Below are positions 29,649 through 38,581 of a stretch of 64,000 bases of DNA, in pieces. Both the position numbers and the translations under genes were made by a program. The notes beneath the pieces were generated by a model. The model was not told the DNA's origin. It did no database searches and saw only the letters and a program-made list of their open reading frames with translations. This DNA is from an uncultured Bacteroidales bacterium. Its GTDB lineage: Bacteria > Bacteroidota > Bacteroidia > Bacteroidales > VadinHA17. The stretch is from NCBI GenBank assembly GCA_963702415.1, contig CAVPCP010000014.1, positions 131,798 through 195,797 of the forward strand, given 5' to 3'. Numbering within the stretch: the stretch's first letter is position 1; each line of letters starts with the position of its first letter.

Positions 29649-30368
29649 ATGAAAAATATCAGATTTATTTTAACAGTGATTTTCCTTATTTCATTTAGTG
29701 CTCTCTCCCAGCAGACAGTTGCTCAGGAGAAGAGTAAGAAGGAAAAAGAGAAGGAACTAATGTTGCAGGAGGAGATCGACGCACAGAAGAAAGCTATTGC
29801 TGAACAGAAGAAAGCTCAGGAAGAGGTTCAAAAAGCATTGTATGAAAGTCAAAAAGAGGTCGATGAAGCAATGAAGGAGGCCCAAAAAGAGATTGAATCA
29901 GTCTCAAAGTACAAGGATATGGTTAGGGTCTACAGAGGTACGGGTGGCAAACCTTATTACAATATAGAAACAATTGATGGTGAGCCTTTTGTGTTCGGTC
30001 CAGGCATGGATGGATTTAACTGGGTCGGACACAGTGGCGTTAATGAAAAAACCACATGGGATTTTTCCAAATCGGTGAAAGAGAACTCTTTCTCGCGCGA
30101 TTATACATTTGATGTCGAGGAAACTGTGAAAACCGTTGTAATGTCAGTGAATGGTGACTGTAAGGCAGGAGAGATCCGGATAAAGATCATAATGCCCGGA
30201 GGGAAAGTATATTCAGATATAATAATTGACGAGTCAGGAAATCTTAACTGGAGGAAATCATTTGCGATATCTGACGAGGAAAACAAGGATAAGACAGGTG
30301 CCTGGAAGTTCCAGATAAATGCTACAAAAGCAACAGGATATTTTAAAATTTCACTTCAGACTTTCTAG
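29649..30368 (+). CDS. Secreted hypothetical protein (Lys/Glu-rich coiled coil + C-terminal beta-rich domain)
   Basis: Signal peptide. ~70 aa of EKSKKEKEKELMLQEEIDAQKKAIAEQKKAQEEVQK.., then a ~130-aa domain with no motif I recognise. Confidence 0.65.
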   Translation: MKNIRFILTVIFLISFSALSQQTVAQEKSKKEKEKELMLQEEIDAQKKAIAEQKKAQEEVQKALYESQKEVDEAMKEAQKEIESVSKYKDMVRVYRGTGGKPYYNIETIDGEPFVFGPGMDGFNWVGHSGVNEKTTWDFSKSVKENSFSRDYTFDVEETVKTVVMSVNGDCKAGEIRIKIIMPGGKVYSDIIIDESGNLNWRKSFAISDEENKDKTGAWKFQINATKATGYFKISLQTF

Positions 30369-30388
30369 TTTATTTCATTCCATGACAT

Positions 30389-30420
30389 GAAGAGGCCGGA
30401 CAAGGGGGTCCAGCCTCTTC
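30389..30420. terminator. Intrinsic terminator hairpin between convergent genes
   Basis: GAAGAGGC-N16-GCCTCTTC followed by CTTTTTTATT. Confidence 0.6.
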
Positions 30421-30425
30421 CTTTT

Positions 30426-32153
30426 TTATTCAGATTCTCCCGAGGCTCTACCACCTTTTACACTTTCGACTCTTACCGTGAATTTACTCCCGTCCTTTAC
30501 AATCCACTTTAAATCGATGTGCTGATAGCCTTCAATATTAGGGACCTCAATTCTCCCTGGATTTTTTTTCTGTTCTATGCTTATACTCCTGTCCTTGTCG
30601 GTGACGATCATTCCGGCCACCACTTTTCCTCCATCAATGTAAACATAGTCGGGAGGATCAATCTTGTACCTGAGGTTAGTACCTGAATGTGTCGGGATCA
30701 TTTGCCTGTTTATTACTGTCGCTGTTACTTCTTTAAGTCCTCTTCCAAGTGTTTTGACTTTTACATCCGTAACTTCCAGTTTTGGTGATGCCCAGGCGTT
30801 ATAAATGCAGAAGGCAGCATTCCTGTGAGCATCGCTTTCGAGAAGGAATCCGGGGTGTGTCCGGCCGAAATTCTTGTTGAAACCGCCTATTTCTATTTTC
30901 CCGTAAACCGGATGATCAACCTCCCGCCAGGGGATAAAGGCATCCTCAAAGAGAAGGAGCCTGTCAAACTCATATGTATCGCTGTTTGCTGTGTCGTTGA
31001 ACATCATATATTCATTCCAGAGTTCATTTGAAAATATATAGCTTCCCATAGCTCCGTACCACCAGTCGAGTTCACCACCATATACTGTATACATGTCCTT
31101 CCAGAGAGTAATGAATTTATAACCGGGGATAATCGTTTCTCCTTTTCTGCCGATCGCATTGATCACTGTATCATCAGAACGGCTGTAGACCTCTGCACCG
31201 CCTCCCTGAATGGATGGGCCTCTGAGGATAAGGCCTCCCGAGTTATGGAACGACTGCGAACCCGTAATGTTCCTGTGCTTAAATCCGAAATCCCTTACGG
31301 CCTGATTTTCAGGGAAAGAGAACGGATATTTCCCTGCACCCTGCTGAACATAAGAGGGCTCCCAGTTAAAACCATAATCGCGGTTAGGATCATAGCCGCC
31401 GATACCATCTTCATTTACAAGACCGTCGCCATCATTATCAATGCCCTCCTGCCCGAGTATCTCCCATTCTCCTTTCTCACCCGGATTGACCCTGATCATC
31501 CTTCGCGGATCATTCGGGTCGGAATTATATGTTCCGTACTGGCTTTTCCTGCGCATGAGGCTTATTATACCATCATTATTCAGATCATCATATTTATCCT
31601 CATCAAATAACCCGTCGCGGTCATTATCCATAGGTACAAGCCCTGACCTGGGAGAGCTGGCCGTATTTGGTTCATCCATGAAGTACTGGCGTGCGTCCGG
31701 ATTAATCGTGGGAAGAATATAAAAGGTCTTATCCCTGAGCAGTTCTTTTATAAACTTGTTGTCGTTATACATTTCGCAAAGATACCAGGCTGTATAAAGA
31801 GCCATCTCAGTACCCTGGATCTCGTTAGAATGAATATTACCATCAATATAGAAACCTGGCTTATGATCAGGATTACCCGATTTCTTATCAGTTATAGTCA
31901 GGGCAATTATAACCCTTCCCTGGTAAGACTTTCCTGCTGATTCCATGGTTACGAGGTCAGGGTATTCTTTAGCCAGCTTTTTGCACAAATCGGTAATTCC
32001 GCTGTATGTGTAATATTTGTTCCATGAAGCCTGAACCTTTGGTTCTGCCGGGGATCCTGATGCCTTGAAAAACAACTCGGCATTCTGTGATTGCAAGGGA
32101 AGTGAGAGAGAGATGAAGAACAATAAAATCAGGGAATTGCAGATAATTTTCAT
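30426..32153 (-). CDS. M14-family zinc carboxypeptidase (catalytic residues intact) with Asp-rich Ca-binding-like inserts
   Basis: Signal peptide. HxxE in YIDGNIHSNEIQGTE. NPD, DPNRDYGFNW, third ligand in SFHNSGG, catalytic Glu in FSNELW. DNDRDGLFDEDKYDDLNNDG and DNDGDGLVNEDG loops. Confidence 0.85.
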   Translation of the reverse strand: MKIICNSLILLFFISLSLPLQSQNAELFFKASGSPAEPKVQASWNKYYTYSGITDLCKKLAKEYPDLVTMESAGKSYQGRVIIALTITDKKSGNPDHKPGFYIDGNIHSNEIQGTEMALYTAWYLCEMYNDNKFIKELLRDKTFYILPTINPDARQYFMDEPNTASSPRSGLVPMDNDRDGLFDEDKYDDLNNDGIISLMRRKSQYGTYNSDPNDPRRMIRVNPGEKGEWEILGQEGIDNDGDGLVNEDGIGGYDPNRDYGFNWEPSYVQQGAGKYPFSFPENQAVRDFGFKHRNITGSQSFHNSGGLILRGPSIQGGGAEVYSRSDDTVINAIGRKGETIIPGYKFITLWKDMYTVYGGELDWWYGAMGSYIFSNELWNEYMMFNDTANSDTYEFDRLLLFEDAFIPWREVDHPVYGKIEIGGFNKNFGRTHPGFLLESDAHRNAAFCIYNAWASPKLEVTDVKVKTLGRGLKEVTATVINRQMIPTHSGTNLRYKIDPPDYVYIDGGKVVAGMIVTDKDRSISIEQKKNPGRIEVPNIEGYQHIDLKWIVKDGSKFTVRVESVKGGRASGESE

Positions 32154-32181
32154 TAGGATATCATTTTGATATTATTAATTG

Positions 32182-33852
32182 TTATTTTAATTCAACGGAT
32201 GTTGTTATCATACCGACATTTGCCGCACCTGCTGAAATAGCTGCAGAGCCTTTGCCTGAAATGAGCCAGCTGAATTCAGCTGATTCGTCTCCCTGGAGTC
32301 TCTCTATTCTCTGCACTTTGAGTCCGCTTATAATAGTCTGTCCTTTTGAAGGCTCGATGGCCAGCCTCATTACCCGTGTCCAGATATTAGGTTCTCCGAT
32401 CTCTGTGTTTGTGGCAAACACACCTTTATTGTGAACTTTAAGAGATAATCTGAAAATGTTCTCACCGGCATTTTCAACGCTGACATCAAGAAATTCAAGT
32501 TCCGGATGCATGGCTGCAATAGTTGAAATAAACCTGTAATGAGACGATATAAGTTCGTTTATTGTATCAGGTGGCGGATTTAATACAGCAAATGGCCTTA
32601 TTCCCCCGACTTCTGCTTCCTTCCCCGGAAAGTCAGGATGAATTACGTTGGTCCATGGAATGAAAATATCACTCAGTCTGTTTTTTTCTGCAAACTTTAA
32701 GAATTCAGCCTCTTGATTTTTGCCCTTCTCGAGCGGGAACCACCAGCCCGGAGTACTGAAACTATATCTCCCATAATGGAAATATGCCCATTCCATGAAA
32801 TTTCCGGGTTCGGATATAGCTGGGGGAGAACCTTTTAAGCCTGTGATCGCATGATATTTATCGGATACAAGCTTATTTACGGTTTCGTCAGTTTTCATAA
32901 TTGAAGTGATCCGGCCTCTTTCCCTTCTCATCATGCCCTGTTCAGGGGGCTGATTCTGGGAAGATGCCTGTGCTCCGGCCGGCCGGTCGGCTGCCTTCAT
33001 TGGCTGACCAAGGTTATCCTGGGGTCCGAAAGTGAAAACCATAAAGATATTGAACCTGTCGTAAAGGAAGTCAGCGACAGCTCTTGTTTCAGGTTCCGAA
33101 ATGGGGTATAATCCGGCATTGATTCCGAACTCTTCATAATTATAAGTGAAATTCCTGTTAAAGCTGACACCTCCGGCACCATCCTCATTGTAGTTTCCAT
33201 CCTTGTCATTATCTGTTCCTTCACTGTAAACAAGATAGTTACCTGTCTGACCTTTGCTTAAATCGGCTTTTACCATTACCCTCCCGTCCTCATCACTCCT
33301 GATATAGTTACCCGCAGGGTCCTTAATACGAATAAGGGTTATGTAACCATCCTTGTTCATGTCTTCGCAAGGATCCTCATCAAAAACAAAATCCTTATCG
33401 TCATCAGTCACCCTTGAATTAATACTCCTTTCATATTTTATCTCTGAGAAGAATTGAGCAGACGCATCCGGATTTAAATCAGGAAGGACATAGAAAGTGA
33501 TTTTGCCAAGGAGTTCTCTGATACTATCTTCTTTGGATCTTTTCAGGATTTCTTCAGCGAACCCCAGTGCCAGCTCCCTGCTAATGAGATATCTCCCATC
33601 AACACCCCCCGCTACAACAACCCCGGGCCTGCTGTTTTTGTCTCCTGTGCCGATTGTAATCAGCCGGATATCCTTCCCCCCCATGGTTTTTATAAGCGAA
33701 GTTACTGCACATAATTCAGGATACTTTACTGCCAGTGATTCGATCTTCCGCGACATTTGATCATGATTCTGATATTGACCCCGGATTGTTGTTAACTGAA
33801 GCATTAACATAAAAATAAATGCCAGGGAAAGAATTCCGGAACGTGTTTTCAT
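32182..33852 (-). CDS. M14-like paralogue lacking Zn ligands and catalytic Glu (predicted non-catalytic)
   Basis: Same fold and inserts (DDDKDFVFDEDPCEDMNKDG, DNDKDGNYNEDG, SFNRNFTYNY, PISEPETRAV). But HxxE aligns to D..Y (VAGGVDGRYLISRE), SFHNSGG aligns to TFGPQDN, and FSNELW aligns to FSTPGW. Confidence 0.75.
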   Translation of the reverse strand: MKTRSGILSLAFIFMLMLQLTTIRGQYQNHDQMSRKIESLAVKYPELCAVTSLIKTMGGKDIRLITIGTGDKNSRPGVVVAGGVDGRYLISRELALGFAEEILKRSKEDSIRELLGKITFYVLPDLNPDASAQFFSEIKYERSINSRVTDDDKDFVFDEDPCEDMNKDGYITLIRIKDPAGNYIRSDEDGRVMVKADLSKGQTGNYLVYSEGTDNDKDGNYNEDGAGGVSFNRNFTYNYEEFGINAGLYPISEPETRAVADFLYDRFNIFMVFTFGPQDNLGQPMKAADRPAGAQASSQNQPPEQGMMRRERGRITSIMKTDETVNKLVSDKYHAITGLKGSPPAISEPGNFMEWAYFHYGRYSFSTPGWWFPLEKGKNQEAEFLKFAEKNRLSDIFIPWTNVIHPDFPGKEAEVGGIRPFAVLNPPPDTINELISSHYRFISTIAAMHPELEFLDVSVENAGENIFRLSLKVHNKGVFATNTEIGEPNIWTRVMRLAIEPSKGQTIISGLKVQRIERLQGDESAEFSWLISGKGSAAISAGAANVGMITTSVELK

Positions 33853-33862
33853 TGTAAACCTT

Positions 33863-33876
33863 TGTTATTGATAACA
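33863..33876. promoter_or_regulatory. Imperfect palindrome TGTTATTGATAACA (Zur/Fur-box-like)
   Basis: TGTTAT-TG-ATAACA, 11 nt upstream of the M14-like start (33852) and 113 nt upstream of znuA. Confidence 0.4.
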
Positions 33877-33947
33877 GACAGAATTTGCTTTTGCGATCTT
33901 CAAAAATAGTTATATTAATTTATTTCTGATACATAAACCTTTTCTTA

Positions 33948-33965
33948 TGTTATATGTTATTTTTG
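33948..33965 (+). promoter_or_regulatory. Tandem TGTTAT half-sites overlapping a candidate -7 box (TATTTTTG) of znuA
   Basis: TGTTATaTGTTAT at 33948-33960. TATTTTTG at 33958-33965, 24 nt upstream of the ATG at 33989. Confidence 0.35.
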
Positions 33966-33988
33966 TATCCTGACTGAAATTTTGCCTG

Positions 33989-34858
33989 ATGAAAAGAATC
34001 ATAAGCTTACTTATTTTTTTATTGATTTTATCGTGCGGAAGGAGGAATGAGGCTGGAAGTAAAATAATTACAGTCAGCATTGCTCCGTTTAAATACTTTA
34101 TCGAGGCCATTTCAGGTGATAATTTTACAGTTAATGTAATGGTTCCCGCCGGTTCCAATCCTCATATTTATGAACCTTACCCGGAGCAGTTAAGCAAGTT
34201 ACGGAAATCAATAGCCTATATAAGCAACGGGTACCTGGGGTTTGAGGTTACCTGGCTCGACCGCTTTTATGAGATGAACAGGAGTATGAAGAAACTCGAT
34301 CTGGGTAATGTGATTGATCCTATTGTACCTGAACATCATGATGAAGGTCATCATTTTGAAACCGCCGATCCGCATTACTGGGTTTCTCCATTGTGTGCCA
34401 TGAAAATGGCTTCTTCCGTTAAAGATTTTCTGACAGGGCTGGATCCTGAAAACAGGGGAGAATATGAAGAAAACTACAGGGTTCTTATGGAAAGGATAAT
34501 GGAGACTGATTCGAGGGCAAAGGAACTCTCATCTTCAGGAGGTAAAAAAGCTTTTATGATTTATCATCCAAATCTTGCTTATCTGGCACGAGATTACGGT
34601 CTGGAGGAGATTGCTGTTGAGTTTGAAGGCAAGGAACCTGATCCTTCAAGGTTAATCGGACTAATTGAAAGGGGTAATAAGGATAATTTAAATGTGGTTC
34701 TTGTTCAGAGGGAGTATGATACAAAAAACGCCAGGGTGGTTGCGGATGAGATCGGCGCAAGGGTGATTATAATAGATCCACTGTCGGAAGACTGGTACTC
34801 ATCGACTAATGAGATTATAAGTATTTTGAAAGATAGTTTTGAAGGAGTTCTTAAATAA
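33989..34858 (+). CDS. znuA: Metal (zinc) ABC transporter substrate-binding lipoprotein, ZnuA/TroA family
   Basis: Lipobox LSCG. NPHIYEP, His-rich loop PEHHDEGHHFETADPHYW, YHPNLAYLARDYGL. Confidence 0.85.
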   Translation: MKRIISLLIFLLILSCGRRNEAGSKIITVSIAPFKYFIEAISGDNFTVNVMVPAGSNPHIYEPYPEQLSKLRKSIAYISNGYLGFEVTWLDRFYEMNRSMKKLDLGNVIDPIVPEHHDEGHHFETADPHYWVSPLCAMKMASSVKDFLTGLDPENRGEYEENYRVLMERIMETDSRAKELSSSGGKKAFMIYHPNLAYLARDYGLEEIAVEFEGKEPDPSRLIGLIERGNKDNLNVVLVQREYDTKNARVVADEIGARVIIIDPLSEDWYSSTNEIISILKDSFEGVLK

Positions 34859-34864
34859 GCTGAT

Positions 34865-35611
34865 ATGTCAGTCTGTCTGCTTGAAATGAAGTCGGTGTCG
34901 GTTGCTTATGATAGCAATACAGTACTTCATGATGTTGACCTGAAAGTATATGATAATGACTTTATTGGAGTTATTGGTCCGAACGGAGGAGGGAAAACGA
35001 CACTGCTTAAAGTCATTCTTGGACTTGTCAAACCTGTAAAGGGAATGCTGGTTTTCAACCAGGAACTCAACAACAATATTAATATAGGGTATCTGCCGCA
35101 GATGTCAACAAGCGACAACAGCTTTCCGGTTACCGTGAAAGATGTAATACTTTCCGGATTGATGATGCGGAAAGGGCTGATTACAAGGATGACAATGAAT
35201 GACAGGAATAAAGCAAGCCAGGTTATCAACGAGCTTGGTCTTACGGAATTATCAGGATCCTCATTAAATGAGCTGTCCGGAGGCCAGATCCAGAGAGTTT
35301 TGCTCGGCAGGTCAATCATTGGCGATCCCAGACTTTTACTGCTTGACGAACCTGGAAATTTTGTTGATGCCAACTTCGAGGCGGATTTTTATGATAAATT
35401 ACGTGTCCTGAACAGGCGGATGGCAATTATGATGGTTTCTCATGATATCGGGACGATTACGGCACATATTAAATCATTTGCGTGCGTAAACAGGCACCTT
35501 CATTACCATCCGTCATCTGAAATTACAAATGAAGATCTTATGTCATATGGGTGTCCTATTCAGCTGATCACACACGGAGAGGTTCCCCATACGGTACTTA
35601 AAAATCATTGA
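34865..35611 (+). CDS. znuC: Metal ABC transporter ATP-binding protein
   Basis: Walker A GPNGGGKTTL, signature LSGGQIQR, Walker B LLLLDEP. Confidence 0.88.
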   Translation: MSVCLLEMKSVSVAYDSNTVLHDVDLKVYDNDFIGVIGPNGGGKTTLLKVILGLVKPVKGMLVFNQELNNNINIGYLPQMSTSDNSFPVTVKDVILSGLMMRKGLITRMTMNDRNKASQVINELGLTELSGSSLNELSGGQIQRVLLGRSIIGDPRLLLLDEPGNFVDANFEADFYDKLRVLNRRMAIMMVSHDIGTITAHIKSFACVNRHLHYHPSSEITNEDLMSYGCPIQLITHGEVPHTVLKNH

Positions 35612-35614
35612 TCA

Positions 35615-36442
35615 GTGGAGGGTAGCATATTTCAATATGAATTTATACTAAAGGGGCTTCTCGGAGCTATATTTGCCAGTATAACTGCAGGACTGGCAGG
35701 TACATATATTGTAACCAAGAGGATGGTTTTTCTCAGTGGCGGCATTACCCATGCTTCATTCGGAGGGATAGGAATCGGATATTTTGCCGGGATAAATCCT
35801 GTGGCCGGAGCTGCCATTTTCAGTATTCTTTCAGCTCTGGGAGTTGAGTACCTGTCGGTCAGGCAGAAAATCAGGGAAGATTCCGCTATTGGCATCTTCT
35901 GGGCCTTTGGAATGGCAACAGGGATAATATTTATATACCTGACGCCAGGCTATACCCCGAATCTGATGGGTTACCTGTTTGGAAGTATTCTTACAGTGAC
36001 TTATGCTGATATTATCGCTCTTGGTATTATGGCGTTAATACTAATCCTTTATTTTGGCATTTTTTACAGGACAATTCTCTATATCTCATTTGATGAGCTT
36101 TTTGCCAGAACCTACTCAAAATATGTCAATGTTTTTAAATATATAACCACGGCCCTTATCGCACTTACCATTGTACTTAATATAAGAATGGCAGGTGTAG
36201 TGCTGGTGATCTCTCTGCTTACAATTCCTCCGAATATTGCAATGATGTTTACGAAAACTTATTTTAAAATAGTACTCGGGTCTGTTGCAGCTGGATTCCT
36301 TGGTACTGCAACAGGATATGCCATCTCATATTTTGCAGGAATACCGACGGGAGCAACAATTATTTTTACTCTTGTTGTAATTTGGATTTTAGTTAAAATT
36401 GTCAGTCATGTAGTTGACAGAATGAGAGTAAATGTCAGATAA
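35615..36442 (+). CDS. znuB: Metal ABC transporter permease (ABC-3 family)
   Basis: 275 aa and ~8 TM helices. GTG start 3 nt after the znuC stop. Typical ZnuB/TroC-like composition. Confidence 0.85.
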   Translation: MEGSIFQYEFILKGLLGAIFASITAGLAGTYIVTKRMVFLSGGITHASFGGIGIGYFAGINPVAGAAIFSILSALGVEYLSVRQKIREDSAIGIFWAFGMATGIIFIYLTPGYTPNLMGYLFGSILTVTYADIIALGIMALILILYFGIFYRTILYISFDELFARTYSKYVNVFKYITTALIALTIVLNIRMAGVVLVISLLTIPPNIAMMFTKTYFKIVLGSVAAGFLGTATGYAISYFAGIPTGATIIFTLVVIWILVKIVSHVVDRMRVNVR

Positions 36443-36444
36443 AA

Positions 36445-36507
36445 ATTATTGTATTGGGACAAATAATTATTGTATTAAAACAAATAAATATTGTAATATA
36501 ATATATT
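36445..36507. repeat. ~2.6 copies of a 21-bp AT-rich tandem repeat containing TTGT-N6-ACAA dyads
   Basis: ATTATTGTATTGGGACAAATA (36445-36465), ATTATTGTATTAAAACAAATA (36466-36486), then AATATTGTAATATAATATATT. Immediately upstream of the lpd ATG at 36514. Confidence 0.6.
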
Positions 36508-36513
36508 AATGAT

Positions 36514-37905
36514 ATGGATTACGACCTAATAATTATCGGTTCCGGGCCAGGCGGATATGTTGCAGCTATCAGGGCATCGCAGCTTAAAATGAAAGTTGCG
36601 GTTATCGAAAAAGCAGAAATTGGCGGAATATGCCTGAACTGGGGATGTATACCAACGAAGTCGCTTCTGAAAAGTTCACAGGTGCTTGATTATATGAATC
36701 ATGCATCAGAGTATGGTATAAAAATTGAAGGTGAGATAAAGCCTGATTTTAAGGCAATTATATCCCGAAGCAGAAGCGTTGCTGAAGGCATGAGCAAGGG
36801 AGTCCAGTTCCTTTTCAGGAAGAACAAAATTGATATTATTTCAGGAAATGCGGAAATAAGCGGAAATAATAAAGTAGAAGTAAAAGGAGGGGAGGGGGAG
36901 AAAAAAACATATACTGCAGAAAATATAATTCTGGCAACCGGGGCAAGATCAAAGGAGCTTACCGGGCTTCCGCAGGATGGGATAAAAATCATAGGGTACA
37001 GGGAGGCAATGACACTCGACAGGCAGCCCGGTTCGATGGTTGTTGTCGGTTCGGGTGCCATTGGAAGCGAATTTGCATGTTTTTATCAGTCGCTTGGAAC
37101 AGATGTTACTCTGGTGGAATTTCTTCCCAGGATCGTGCCGAATGAAGATGAAGAGATTTCAAAGCAGCTTGAGCGCTCATTTAAGAAGCTTAAAATGAGA
37201 GTATTGACAGATTCAGCAGTGGAATCGGCCGATACTTCGGGTGAAAAGTGCAAGGTTAAAATAAAAACCCCGAAAGGTTATGAAGAGGTTGAGGCGGATA
37301 TTGTTTTTTCAGCAGTTGGTATCACTCCCAACATAGAAGGGATTGGACTTGAAGCCGCCGGAATAGCAACAGAAAATGGGAAAGTCAAAGTGGATGATTT
37401 TTATAAAACCAATGTCGCGGGAGTTTATGCCATAGGGGATATTGTTCATGGTCCCGCGCTTGCCCATGTAGCATCAGCCGAGGGGATAATATGCGTTGAG
37501 AAGATAGCAGGGCTTGATCCGGAGCCTCTTGATTACGGAAATATTCCATCATGTATTTATACAACACCCGAAATAGCCTCCTGCGGACTTACCGAAGCCG
37601 CTTGCAGGGAAGCCGGTTATGATATCAAAGTGGGTAAATTCCCGTTTACCGCTTCCGGAAAAGCCAGTGCAGCAGGCGCAAGGGATGGATTTGTTAAGCT
37701 TATCTTCGATTCAGCTTACGGAGAGCTGCTGGGCGCGCATATGATCGGGGCCAATGTTACTGAGATGATCTCTGAAATAGTTGTTGCCAGGAAGCTCGAA
37801 ACCACGGCCCATGAAATAATTAAATCTATTCATCCCCATCCGACAATGTCAGAGGCCATAATGGAAGCCGCCGCTGCTGCCTATGGGGAAGTCATTCATA
37901 TTTGA
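36514..37905 (+). CDS. lpdA: Dihydrolipoyl dehydrogenase
   Basis: GSGPGGYVAAIRA FAD motif, redox-active GGICLNWGCIPTK, C-terminal HPHPTMSE interface motif. Confidence 0.92.
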   Translation: MDYDLIIIGSGPGGYVAAIRASQLKMKVAVIEKAEIGGICLNWGCIPTKSLLKSSQVLDYMNHASEYGIKIEGEIKPDFKAIISRSRSVAEGMSKGVQFLFRKNKIDIISGNAEISGNNKVEVKGGEGEKKTYTAENIILATGARSKELTGLPQDGIKIIGYREAMTLDRQPGSMVVVGSGAIGSEFACFYQSLGTDVTLVEFLPRIVPNEDEEISKQLERSFKKLKMRVLTDSAVESADTSGEKCKVKIKTPKGYEEVEADIVFSAVGITPNIEGIGLEAAGIATENGKVKVDDFYKTNVAGVYAIGDIVHGPALAHVASAEGIICVEKIAGLDPEPLDYGNIPSCIYTTPEIASCGLTEAACREAGYDIKVGKFPFTASGKASAAGARDGFVKLIFDSAYGELLGAHMIGANVTEMISEIVVARKLETTAHEIIKSIHPHPTMSEAIMEAAAAAYGEVIHI

Positions 37906-38020
37906 TTGTTTATTAATCGTTAGACGCAACCTTTTATGATTTTTTTGCATCAATCTATTAAGAAATGCTGGTATTCAGACAATTTTTATTTATTTTTATG
38001 TTTTAAAAAGGTTTTAAACC

Positions 38021-38581
38021 TTGCCTGAAATAAGAAATATAATTAAAGGTTGTCTGGCTGGAAGCAGAAGAGATCAGGAACTTCTGTACAGGAGGCATGC
38101 GGCAAAGTTGTATGCTGTGTGCCTTCAGTATTCTGGTAATGATGATGAGGCAAGAGATATTCTGCAGGAAGGATTTATCAAGATATTTGAAAACCTTATC
38201 TGTTATAAGTTTGAAGGTTCTTTTGAAGGTTGGATGCACAGGATAGTTGTAAATACTGCGCTTGAGAAATTCCGGAGCAAGCATAATCTTTACAGGGTTG
38301 ATGATATTGATCTGATTCCGGAGCCCGACTCGGCGCCTGAGTCAGAGGATTATGCAGGGCTTGAAGCAGTTGATCTGCTTGATATTATCAGAGAGCTGCC
38401 TCCGAAGTACAGAATGGTCTTTAATCTTTTTGCGATTGAGGGCTATTCACATAAGGAAATAAGCGAGATGATAAACATATCGGAAGGAACTTCAAAATCT
38501 AACCTGTCGAGAGCAAGAGTTATTCTTCAGAAAAAGGTAAACCTGTACACCGGATTGAAAAAGAATGTGGTAATTGGCTAA
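38021..38581 (+). CDS. ECF-type sigma-70 family factor
   Basis: Region 2 (DDEARDILQEGFIKIFENL..FEGWMHRIVVNTALEKFR) and region 4 (YSHKEISEMINISEGTSKSNLSRAR). TTG start, with no in-frame ATG upstream. Confidence 0.85.
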   Translation: MPEIRNIIKGCLAGSRRDQELLYRRHAAKLYAVCLQYSGNDDEARDILQEGFIKIFENLICYKFEGSFEGWMHRIVVNTALEKFRSKHNLYRVDDIDLIPEPDSAPESEDYAGLEAVDLLDIIRELPPKYRMVFNLFAIEGYSHKEISEMINISEGTSKSNLSRARVILQKKVNLYTGLKKNVVIG

